Assembly: GCA_016906335.1 (NCBI GenBank)
Contig: JADEYG010000015.1
Span: forward strand, 1 to 64,000
DNA length: 64,000 nt
Source of the DNA: Novakomyces olei
Lineage: Eukaryota
Reading direction: 5' to 3'
Positions within the stretch are counted from its first letter, which is position 1, and each line of letters begins with the position of its first letter. The notes beneath the pieces were generated by a model. That model worked only from the letters and a program-made list of their open reading frames with translations. It did no database searches and was not told the origin of the DNA. This document shows positions 1 to 10,567 of this stretch, piece after piece. The position numbers and the translations under genes were made by a program.

Positions 1-92
1 AACCCTAACTAACCCTAACTAACCCTAACTAACCCTGACTAACCCTAACCCTAACTAACCCCTAACCCTGACTAACCCTAACTAACCCTGAC
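1..92 (-). repeat. Telomeric repeat tract; G-strand units TTAGTTAGGG, TTAGTCAGGG and TTAGGG mixed
   Basis: Window starts with tandem AACCCTAACT (x5), AACCCTGACT (x3, last one partial), AACCCT and AACCCCT units, with the C-rich strand on +, as expected at a left chromosome end. Confidence 0.95.
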
Positions 93-286
93 ACAATCTT
101 TCTTTCAATTACTCTCCTTTTTCAACCTTTTTTTGCCAAAATCTACATAAATCTATTCCCATTTTCTACTTCTATTTCCCATCTCAACTCCAACTCTCTC
201 CATCCTTTTCTTTATCCAACAATCTCAACAAATTTCTCTACTCCACTCCCTGATAAACAACCCTAACCCTAATAAAACAACTTCCT

Positions 287-1180
287 CATACATTATAATA
301 CCACATACATTATCCCAATAATTACCCCTAACCCTAACTGAACAAATCTCATACATTATGCCCCCATACATTAATGCCCATACATTAATTTACCATACAT
401 TATTCCTCTATACATTATTCATCCATACATTATTCATCCATACATTATTCCTCCATACATTAATGCCCATACATTAATTTACCATACATTATTCCTCTAT
501 ACATTATTCATCCATACATTATTCATCCATACATTATTCCTCCATACATTATTCCTCCATACATTATTCTACCATACATTATTCTACCATATATTATAAT
601 ACCATACATTATAATGCCATATATTATTATACCATACATTATAATGCCATATATTATTCTACCATACATTATTATACATACATTACTTTACCATACATTA
701 TTCCTCCATACATTATTCTACCATATATTATTATACATACATTACTTTACAATACATTATTTTACTATATATTATTATACCACACATTATTATACATACA
801 TTATTCCTCCATACATTATTCCTCCATACATTATTATACATACATTACTTTACAATACATTATTATACCATACATTATTATACATACATTATTCACTTTA
901 CAATACATTATTTTACCATATATTATTATACCACACATTATTATACATACATTATTCCTCCATACATTATTCCTCCATACATTATTATACATACATTACT
1001 TTACAATAACTTTACAATACATTATTCTACCATATATTATTATACCATACATTATTATACCATACATTATTATACATACATTATTCCTATACATTAAATT
1101 ACCATACATTATTATACTATACATTATTATACATACATTGCTTTACAATAAATTATTCTACTATACATTATTATAATGCC
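287..1180. repeat. Subtelomeric AT-rich satellite, about 15-bp unit with core CCATACATTATT
   Basis: Dozens of tandem degenerate copies such as ccatacattattcat, ccatacattattcct and ccatacattattata. Confidence 0.95.
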
Positions 1181-1399
1181 ACATAAAATGCATCCTGCGC
1201 CGTCATGAGCTTTTTATAAATCTTTAAACCCATATATCTCCATAATTACTAATCCAATCTTGTAAACAAGTATATATTTACACTCCTACTGCACCCCTCT
1301 ATCCAACCATACACTTTTTGTAAAAACACTTGTTCATTCGACGTTTTGTCACCTCTACACATGGACTACACACTCTTAATTTTTCTTATTTTTCTGACG

Positions 1400-1566
1400 T
1401 TTTTCTTATTATACTTTATTACTATGGGGCTCTCTCTATAATATTTTTATTATATTATCAGATAGCTATAATATGTGTAGACCATCTTGTATAATAATTA
1501 TATTTTATAAATTCAGCAACCCTACCCTCGCCGCAATATGGTTTGCCAATGTTTTGGAATTAAGGC
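1400..1566 (+). repeat. Subtelomeric dispersed repeat, module B (ttttcttattatac...tattatcagata..tat...caaccctaccct)
   Basis: Related copies at about 1906-2040, 2366-2447 (partial) and 10409-10497 (partial), with an inverted degenerate copy at about 16715-16810. Confidence 0.85.
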
Positions 1567-1606
1567 GGAAACTATTTTTGCTCTTACGTCGTTCTTACCC
1601 CCGTTT

Positions 1607-1905
1607 ATGCCAATTTCCTTAGCATTCCCGCGCAATTTCCCATATTATAATTTGGAATTTAGTCGGAAAATTCTCCCTAAAAAACCCTGCCTCCACGTTT
1701 CTCCTACCATTCTTATTAGAATTACGCCATAATTCGCGGGAATGCTAAGGAAATTGGCATGACCCCCCCCTCATACATTAATTATTTTTCGAAATGGAAT
1801 TATGGCGTAAAGGAAAAGCGAAAACCCTGACTAGAATTATACATAATAAGAATCGCATTACATAAAAATGGAATTTCGCCATAATTCCGTCTTGAATATA
1901 TCTAG
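1607..1905 (+). repeat. Hairpin module A, copy 1 (two inverted-repeat stems, ends gaatatatctag)
   Basis: Perfect 26-bp inverted repeat at 1607-1632/1735-1760. Second stem ggaattatggcg...cgccataattcc. 1750-1905 is nearly identical to 7216-7373. Confidence 0.85.
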
Positions 1906-2074
1906 TTTTTCTTATTATACTCTATTACTATGGTGCTCTCTCCATAATAACTATATTATATTATCAGATAACTATACTATGTGCCATGTGCGATGCAATA
2001 ATATTATTATTTATAATATACCCTTACCCTACCCCAAGCAATGGCTGTGATGAATTTATCAAAAATCCACAGCC

Positions 2075-2365
2075 TATCAATATTTCGTCGATATGTCAGC
2101 TTGCGCTACTGTATTATCCAATAGCATCGCTGTATTCAGCGATATTTCGTCGAAATGTCGCAACTTTTTTAGGGGAACTTTTCGCAGTTTAATATATGGC
2201 AATCCACTAGCGCCTTGCGACATTTCGCCGAAATATCAGTGATAGGGTTTTCTCGAATTTTAGACATAATGCAATTATTATACAAAAAAAATAATACCAG
2301 CTGACATTTCGTCGAAATGTCGCTAGTAATAATAGCTAGGCGTAATGCGCGCTGGAATATGTACG
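2075..2365. repeat. Palindrome module C: four copies of a GACATTTCGnCGAAATGTC-like palindrome, ending at junction motif ggaatatgtacg
   Basis: Palindromes at about 2079, 2140, 2217 and 2301. Inverted degenerate copy at about 16480-16700. Confidence 0.8.
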
Positions 2366-2447
2366 TCTTGTATAATAATTATAATTTATAAGTTCAGCAA
2401 CCCTACCCTCGCTGCAATATGGATTGCCAATGATTTGGAATTAGGGT

Positions 2448-2540
2448 CCTCCATACATTAATCCTCCATTTATTAATCCTCATACAATAATCTTCATACA
2501 ATAATACTCCATACAATAATCCTCCATACATTATTGCATA
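2448..2540. repeat. Second short patch of CATACA(T/A)TA satellite
   Basis: tcctccatacattaa / tcctcatacaataa / tactccatacaataa tandem units. Confidence 0.8.
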
Positions 2541-2718
2541 ACTTGCGCATTACTTATAAAATTGCTCTCCATACTATAGTTATAGTTGAATAAATTCGTG
2601 ATGCCACACTCGACATATAATAGGTTTCAATTCATAAATTTTCCATTATATCTATGAATCCTGCATACGTTGAATCACATATTAATACAATAAATGAAGA
2701 TAAATTAGATCCAACAAA

Positions 2719-5700
2719 CTACTTTTGTTCCGCCATTTTGGTTGGCCTGTCATTGCTGAAATACCAATGCACGAACTTTACACCCGCTATTTGTGTGGGA
2801 CCGATTGTGATTTGACCGGCCCACAATAAGCATGCTGTGCCTTTGGCCGGTAAAGCTTCACCAGTCCAGGTTTTTAGTTTGTCTTTCATTTCTAATTTTT
2901 CGTGTGCTAATTCAAATATAGTAAATAACGATGGCATGATCTTGTCTGAATATTGACATTGCCGTTCCTCTTTCTCAAATGCCGTCCGACATATTGTTTG
3001 AGGTAGGTAGCACCGATAGCAAACGCTCCCAGATTTTATCCAATTTCGCTGATTTGCTTTCAATACTGTTCTTTTGGCGTCCAAGTACAAAAACTTTATC
3101 CTGTTCCGGCATTGGCCAAAGCCGTGTGAGTACTGACTAGCACCGGAAAGGAGACACAAAACACATTTGTCTGAAAGATAAAGCATTAAATTGTGAATAT
3201 CTTCAGCAATTATGATGTTCGACCGATCTCTCTGTAACACGGCTTGTCGACCATATCGGCAATCGGGCTGCCTCTCGTTTGCTTCAGCCCGGACCTTGCG
3301 GCGCTTCGACATCTGACATAAGTCACAATGATTCTCGTCCGTCTGACATCGCGCTAAGTCTTCATCATAGTCGTTGAAATATCTGTCTAGTACTAATCTC
3401 CTGCACTCTGTTTCATGTACATATCTTCTCAATGGTTTCTCCATTGTGCTTAGATCATCCTCACTAAATATGATTAGGCTCTCGGCTCTTCTGCCATCTC
3501 TTCCAGCACGTCCTGATTCTTGGAAATAGTCTACCAAACTGTAAGGCGCTTTGGCATGCACAACCAGTCTCACATGTTGGAAATCAACACCAGTTCCAAT
3601 AGCAGTCGTTCCAACTAATACTTTGCTTTTCTCACCTAATATCCACCGATTTATTATTCCAGCCTTCTCAGCAAAGCTAAGCTTTGATGTTATGCAATGC
3701 GCACGACTAGCAATAGCAATTGTTTCGGCGTCTGACTTTGTTCTTGCGATACACATTACGCGATCATCTTCATCTTTGAATTCAAATTGTTTCAGAGTAT
3801 TTATTACTTCGGACTGTAGTGCTCCAGTAGCTTGCCTCGCTTTGTAAACAATGTTGTGTCTACGACATCGTACTTTAAACCAAGTCGGATTCTCTAGCAC
3901 AAAATGGTCTATAAATTCGCTCCTTTTGCACGGAGGAAGCGTTGCCGACAAGAGCACTATTGGTACATCCAATAGTCTTAAACTAGGTATTTGTTGAATT
4001 GCCTTTCTGTATGACGTAGTAAATGCCAAATGGCATTCATCGACTACCAATCGATCAAGAATTCCTCTTTGGCGTAAAAGTGTTAAATATTGCCGTCCCG
4101 AGTCCGACACAGCTGTCTCCACCGACATCAAGGTTAAGCGATAAAACTTTTGCGGCGAATCATTCGCGGTCCATATTCCAGTGTCGATCCCCACTAGTTT
4201 GGACCGACGTTCCACATCAATCATCAACGCCACAAATGGTAAAACCATCACTGTGCATGAAGCTTGCGGCAAGCAAGCTGCAACCTGGATTACACATGTC
4301 TTTCCAAACCCAGTAGGAAATACAATAACTATTTCCTGTACCTTTCGGGCAACTGCTACAATAGCATCCGCCTGTATTGCAGCACGGAATTCAAAATCAG
4401 AACCAAACAGCTCTTTTGCTTTTCTAAATGCATTCTTTTTCAGTTGACCAATGGAGACTTCCAAATCTTCTGGTACTGCTTTAGTATTTTCGATCTTGTC
4501 CGTAGCATGAATATATTGTTCAGACATTTTGAAGAAATCCGCCCATGACTGACACGCCTTCCAACTATGGTTGAGCCAAAGATCAGCCGTATTCTTCAAA
4601 CCGCTACTGTTTCCGTACATTGTACTGTGTGTTGCGACACTGTGATTCGATAGGTGTATTAAATTGACAGCATTATGAGTCATAGTAAGACCTTCATCAT
4701 CGTCACTGTTGTCCTCAACGTCTGCGATGTGTTTTGAGAATTTGACATTTATAATGGACGAAGCAATCTGCCGCCAGGCAGATATTGACAACGTTGGAAC
4801 ACTTGCATGTGCGCAAGACTGCTCGAAGTACCGAGAAAGGCACTTACCGTCCCATTCCTTTCCATGTGACACAAATAATGCCGTTTGAGATAGTGCGTTC
4901 CCGAGGACACCCTGTAAGTATTCAGTAAACGGTTGAATATAAATCAAATAATTCAGAACCAAGTTCCCCACTTCGTGAGTTAGAAACCGTGCAAGGACTC
5001 GCGGGCGCCCAGTAATGTTTTGTGTTTTAGTATAGGTTGTATATACTAGCATCTGTCCATCTTTAATAAATATATTTCGCCCTCTCCTTCCATTTCTGAA
5101 CCATATAGTTATGGTTTCCGTACCGCGCAATGGGGGCGCTGATATTGTTAATAGTGTCCATATCCATCGCAAAAATGTGTGTACCGCAGCCAAATACCGC
5201 GCAATGGCTGATTTGTCCCAGTCTCCTGTTCCGTTATGAAAATAAGTTGTTAGACGTGTATTTGATTGCAATAGACGAACGAGCCAGTTTTCATGTTCTT
5301 TTAAATAAATAATGTTTGTTTTCAGCTGCTATCCCAAACCAGTAGCCAGGCTGTGAAATATGAATTAAATCACGAAGAGATTTTGTCGAAAGAAATTTGT
5401 AGTTGATTCCAAACAAAAGACTGTCGCTTAAAATTCCGTAGGCTGCCAAAACTGCGCGTTTGTATAAAATTGTGATTTCGGCCATTCGTAGAGAACTTCC
5501 TCTGTAAGAGACTTCTCTCTCTGCAATATCCCAGGTACATTGGTGCGGATTAACATAATATTTTGTATACTGAAAAAGATAAGCTCTCCAATTAAGAAGA
5601 ACTCCAACCGCAGTACTTCTTGATGGGTTGAGAAACTGCTCAACTAAAATGTCCAAGTTTGAACTAGCCTCTCCCGGCTGCGAGCAAGCCTCTTCAAACA

Positions 5701-6829
5701 AAGTTAATTGAGCGCAGTAAATCAATCCAGATAATATCGTATTAAATCCATTAGGCGGTTTCCAGCCTTTTGAAGCATCTCCTTGATATAAATAAGCACA
5801 TGATGCACAAAAGCTTAAGAGTGCAGAATCAAAATCGTTGTTTTTAATTGGTTGTTTTAAAAGATATAAACCAATATAAAAAAGAAACCGTCGCGCAGTA
5901 TCAAATAGACCAGCTTTGATTGCAAGTACAGTCCCCTCGACATTAGCCCTTTGAGCGTCGTCACAGTTCAACATCAGTCGAGTAATGAAAAATCGAATTG
6001 CCTGAGCCCAGTACGAAAAATATCTTTTCTTAGTCGCAGGTAAAGTTGTTCGTCGAAAGTGGCGCACTCGTCCAGAATTGTCCGGCACAAAACTACTCAG
6101 TCTAGTCGCCATAGCTGAAGTCATTTTCATATTGCTTTCATCAAATATATTGTTATATAAAAGCTCGATTTGTTCATCAATACTGTCAAGCACTGTGGAT
6201 TCGAAATTGCTCAGGTTTTCCGTTTGTAAACAGACTCGATCAAACCCAAACTTCGTGACCCACGGTGGAATGTCTCTTTGATCGACATCACTTTCTGTTG
6301 CAGCACTGGGAAGGGTTATAAGGGTCTTTTCCAAGAACTTTCCTACAACGCCCTCCGCGGCTGAATTTGAGCTTGGTTTTAAACCATCTTTCGCAGCAAC
6401 ACGAAAATATTTCAGAAATTGATTCTCTGTAAAACAAGTTTGTAGGGGTGAACAAACAATATGATCTTTTGATGTTCGAACAGTATGTTCTTTTGAGATA
6501 TGCTGCTCAATGACCTTTCGCGATGTTGAAGCAGCATCATAGCAAAAACTGCAGTAGTAGCCTTGGCAAACCTTTAGAAATAATAACGGTTCAACCACTT
6601 CACGCAGGCTCGGCGTGCTCCAATATATATTCAAAACAGGAGCGATATTCACGTCGTTTGCATTAATTACAGAAAGTGCAATTTGAAGTTCAGTTGACTT
6701 TAGCTTATGCGCCTGACGCAAATGCCTTTCGGCTGCGTTGGTTCCAACCTCGACCTTTACGCATGCCCGACAAGCCTTGCAAGCAACTACCTTTAAACCA
6801 AAGGCCTCCTCGATTCCCAAGTACTCCAT
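2719..6829 (-). CDS. tlh: Telomere-linked RecQ-family helicase (TLH-type), interrupted by a single-base frameshift at about 5299-5302; N-terminal Zn-finger-like region, central tyrosine-recombinase-like region, DECH helicase and C-terminal Cys-rich region
   Basis: Helicase motifs PTGFGKT, VVDECH, LSAT, QESGRAGRDG and an RQC-like CRR..C..CDLC. N-terminal CxxC...HxxxxH motifs. Removing one A from TTT AAA A GAA joins ORF 5291-6829 to ORF 2719-5271 (…HYLFK-EHENWLVRLLQSN…). Gene is telomere-adjacent and transcribed toward the telomere. Confidence 0.9.
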
Positions 6830-6917
6830 GACTGAGTATATCTGTTCAAGTCTTTAATTACTACTAGAAACATGCTGTAATCTATTTTCGATATAATGCG
6901 AATCTTATTATTAATAG

Positions 6918-7373
6918 TGTGAATTTCCTTTCCGTCGTCGCGATTTTTACCATATATTAACCTGGAATTATGCAGTAAAATCTACCCTCGAAAACCCTGT
7001 TTGACTATTTGTTATTCAATTCTTATTAGAATTACGCCGTAATTCGCGACGACGAGCAGCAAATTCACATGACCCCCCTCCCATACATTAATTAATTTTC
7101 AAACTGGAATTACGCCGTAATTCTACGTAGAACACCCTAACAAAAAATATAGCTAATAAAAACTACGATACATATATTTCGAATTACGGCGTAATTCGCG
7201 CAGGAATATGTATAGGAAATTGGCATGACCCCCCCCCCTCATACATTAATTATTTTTCGAAATGGAATTATGGCGTAAAGGAAAAGCGAAAACCCTGACT
7301 AGAATTATACATAATAAGAATCACATTACATAAAAATGGAATTTCGCCATAATTCCGTCTTGAATATATCTAG
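6918..7373 (+). repeat. Hairpin module A, copy 2, plus an abutting partial copy (junctions at about 7215 and 7373)
   Basis: Stem tgtgaattt...gtcgtcgcga / tcgcgacgac...aaattcaca, then a perfect gaattacgccgtaattc / gaattacggcgtaattc pair. 7216-7373 repeats 1750-1905. Confidence 0.85.
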
Positions 7374-7915
7374 AGCCATTGCCAGAGCACAAAGGAAACA
7401 GTACGAATTGGTCGTCGACCATGACACCTGCCGGGACATTTACAAACGTCCACATTGACCCTGTGGCGTACGGCAGTGTTATATTTGGGATATCAGGAAC
7501 GAAGGTAGTGCTGATGTGGCCTCCTACAGAAGTGAATCTAAGAACTTACGAGGAATATCATCGCTCTACTCAGGGTCGGGTCATACCAAGACACCTCCCT
7601 ACGCTTAAGAGCCTCCATTACAGTGTTTTGAGGAAAGGGATGATGTTGAATATGGAACCGGGAACGCTTCACGCGGTTATCGCTGTCTCGGACAGCTCGT
7701 TACTTGGATACAACTATGCCGCGAAGGACTGTGAATGCCTTCAGCGAGTGGTCGACTGGGAAGCCAAGTTAGCCCAGAAGAGACCAGGGATCAAAAGCGC
7801 GGTGATACAGGAACACCGGACTATGGTGGATTTTTACAGAGAGGTCTACGGGACGGACCTACCAGGGACAGCGAAAAGAGTGTTGTCGGGACTTACTCTC
7901 TTGGAGGGGGAGTAA
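7374..7915 (+). CDS. 5'-truncated JmjC/cupin-like 2-oxoglutarate Fe(II) dioxygenase ORF at the 3' end of an LTR element
   Basis: TPAGTFTNVHID (HxD), GTKVVLMWPPT and MEPGTLHAV (distal His). No ATG before the domain start; frame is open from the junction at 7373; last codons overlap the polypurine tract. Confidence 0.7.
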
Positions 7916-8291
7916 TGTCAGGGGTTGCTTAGAAAGGTGCTGGGAGCACTTGAATAAGCAACTTCGTAGTTTAGTTAGTTAGTTTATTTAGTTGTATTGT
8001 AGGAAGTTGCTTAGAGTAGCGCTTGGAGCGCAGACTCTAGCACTTCTGCAATAAGTTAGTTACTTTAATAGTTTCGTAGAGTGGGATCTTCGGCAAGTAA
8101 CGAGCCGAGCCCAAGTATAAGAAGAGGAGTTCTTCTACTGGGTTCGGGGCGTTACAACAACCAAGGTTCCGCTTAATATAAGTGTCTTGAGATTAGTTCT
8201 TCTATCTGCCTATCCTTTGCTACTCCCTGTCAAGGCCAACGTGTGATCTTGGCCGACTTAAGATTACTTTGTATTGAGTCACCCCCTAACA
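7916..8291 (+). mobile_element. 376-bp 3' LTR (TG...CA) preceded by a polypurine tract; inserted into the Copia pol
   Basis: PPT ggagggggag at 7903-7912, then taa, then TGTCAGGGG...CCCCTAACA terminal inverted repeat. TATA-like gtataagaa near 8115. Copia reading frame resumes right after 8291. Confidence 0.8.
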
Positions 8292-10075
8292 TAGAGCTTA
8301 TCAGCCCAGGAAATCAACCTGCGCGAAAAAGAAAAACGTCATCAGAGCAACTAGGAGACGAAAAATTCAGAAAAATAGACCCGCTGCAGGAAATCCTTTC
8401 TGGTGAAAGAAAATTAAATCTTGAAGGGATCTCCAAAGAAAAATTGAAGAAAATCCTTTCCCCCCTTTTCCTTAAAAATGGTCAAAGGAAAATATTAAAC
8501 AGACCCAAAGGAGGCGTTAATCACATTGAAGCTCCTGACATTGAGCCTCAAAATTACAATGAAGCCATCACTGGGCCATTTGGGAATCAGTGGAAAGAAG
8601 CAATAAATAAAGAACTAAAAGCAATGGAAAGAAATGAAGTATGGAAAGTCGTTTCCCAATCACAAAATATACGTACAGTTGGATGCAGATGGGTGTTTAA
8701 ACTGAAACAAGGAGAACAGTCGAATGAAATAATTAGAAAAGCAAGACTAGTAGCACAAGGGTACTCACAGATTTTTGGAAAAGACTATGAAGATACATAC
8801 GCCCCAGTCGCTCGTCCTGACAGCATACGGTGGTTATTAGCTTACAGCGTAATTAAAAATTATGAAATCTATCAAATCGACGTGGATACAGCCTTCCTAT
8901 ATGGTACACTAAAGGAGTCAGTGTACATGAAAAAACCCGATGGAGTGAAAATTAAAAAACCCGGCCTTGTCCTAAAATTAAACAAAAGTCTCTATGGTCT
9001 CAAACAGGCACCAAGATCGTGGAACAGTGAACTGGATTCTACATTGACAAAATACGGTCTAACAAAATCAAACAAAGATTCTGCCATATATTACAATGAC
9101 TCTTTAATTATTGCTGTCTACGTAGATGACCTCATGATCGTCGAAAAACAGAAAGGAAAGAGACTTGAATTTGAATCCTTTTTGAAAACATTTTACTCCA
9201 TCAAGTCACTTGGAAAAATAAAGAGATATCTTGGTATGGACATTACATATGACCGCGACAAAGGAATACTCAAATTGTCACAGTCACAATTTGCTAAGTC
9301 AATTATACGCACTTACGGAGACACTAACCTAAAATACATAAGTCAGCCCATCACAAACATCAATTCACTCTATCATCCCGCGGATGAAAATTATGATTGT
9401 CTGGAAATCTATCCAACTATTATAGGAAAATTAATATATTTGACTGAATGGACAAGACCAGACCTCAGATTTGCAATAAGTATGTTAAGCAAACATACAA
9501 AAAGACAAAATGAAGAACAAATACAGGCCTTAAAACACACCATGAGATATCTAAACGCTACACTGGACACATGTATCACCTACACTAGAGAAAATGATCT
9601 ACAGATACACTCGTGGGGCGACTCTGATTTCGCCGGAGACACTTGCGACAGAAAATCCCGATCAGGATACGTTGTCTCACTAGGAAAAAATAACGGCCCA
9701 ATAGCCTGGAACTCGCAAAAGCAAAAAATTGTAACACCAAGTACAATGATGGCGGAGTTCGAAGCTATGAAACTAACAGTCAATCAAGCCTTGTACTACA
9801 AATATCTAATGGACGAAATTAATAAAGGGCCCGATAACATCCCAATCGTCTACTGCGATAACAACGCCTGCATATTACTTGCAACTAATGGTGGAAACTA
9901 CCAGGGTTCAAAACATCTAAGTAACACCTGCTACTATGTGATGGATATTGTGAGAAATGGACTGGTAAGCATACAGAGATGCCCCTCACGAAACATGAAG
10001 GCAGATGGATTGACCAAGAACCTACTTGGAAACAAATTCACTAAATTTACAAAAATGCTATACAATGAAGAATAA
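8292..10075 (+). mobile_element. Ty1/Copia retrotransposon pol, 3' part (reverse transcriptase and RNase H), 5'-truncated
   Basis: WKEAINKEL, KARLVAQGYSQ, QIDVDTAFL, LYGLKQAPR, YVDD catalytic motif, RNase H DSDFAG...RKSRSGY and ADGLTK. No gag, protease or integrase core in the window. Confidence 0.95.
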
Positions 10076-10130
10076 CAAAAAAAAAAATAAATACAAGAAT
10101 ACAAAAAGGAAATAAAAGATTCAAGGGGAG

Positions 10131-10157
10131 TGTTGAAATATGAATCTATTATCCCCT

Positions 10158-10195
<38 letters not shown>

Positions 10196-10408
10196 ACTCG
10201 CCGACTCACTGACCGGCTAAGACAACTCAACCATGAGTGTCAGTTGTTTGACTTTTAGCTTTACAGAATACTCACTCAAAAATACATAGTTACATATATA
10301 TAGCTCAAGCGAACCCTCACACCCTCGGGGGATTCAGCTGAAGCAATCTAGAGTATCTAATTCATTTAATCTACCATAAGAGCAAATTCCAACCTTCTAT
10401 ATTCAACA
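10131..10408 (+). mobile_element. Copia 3' LTR (278 bp) containing a (TAA)n microsatellite
   Basis: PPT aaggggag at 10123-10130, then TGTTGAA...TTCAACA termini; module B sequence resumes at 10409. Confidence 0.9.
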
Positions 10409-10567
10409 TATTATATTATCAGATAACTATAATATGTGTAGCACATCTTGTATAATAAATATATTATATAAATACAACAACCCTACCCTTGCCGCCATTC
10501 TCTGCCCTGACATTATGCTGTAATCCTGTTTCGATCTGACGCTCTTTTTATAGCCTCCAGCCTCCAC

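Noticed and set aside
614-1009. 131-aa Y/I/H/T-rich ORF
   Set aside because: Translation of the CATACATTA satellite; no coding evidence.
287-1180. CRISPR-like or loxP-like appearance of the repeat array (catacattat)
   Set aside because: Units are directly tandem with no unique spacers or loxP arms, and the context is eukaryotic.
1890-1905. Helitron 3' end (CTAG) interpretation of the junction
   Set aside because: Only two of seven copies end in CTAG, no short GC-rich subterminal hairpin is evident, and no HUH Rep/Pif1 gene is present; not fully excluded.
8243-8291. N-terminus of the 610-aa ORF as a real start
   Set aside because: These codons lie within the inserted LTR; the ORF is a truncated pol.
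7371-8296. tagag at 7371-7375 and 8292-8296 as a target-site duplication around the JmjC-LTR segment
   Set aside because: The left copy overlaps the conserved module end (tctag) and no 5' LTR follows it; likely coincidence or microhomology.
9934-10230. Poly-Tyr ORF on the minus strand
   Set aside because: Product of the (TAA)n microsatellite in the LTR.
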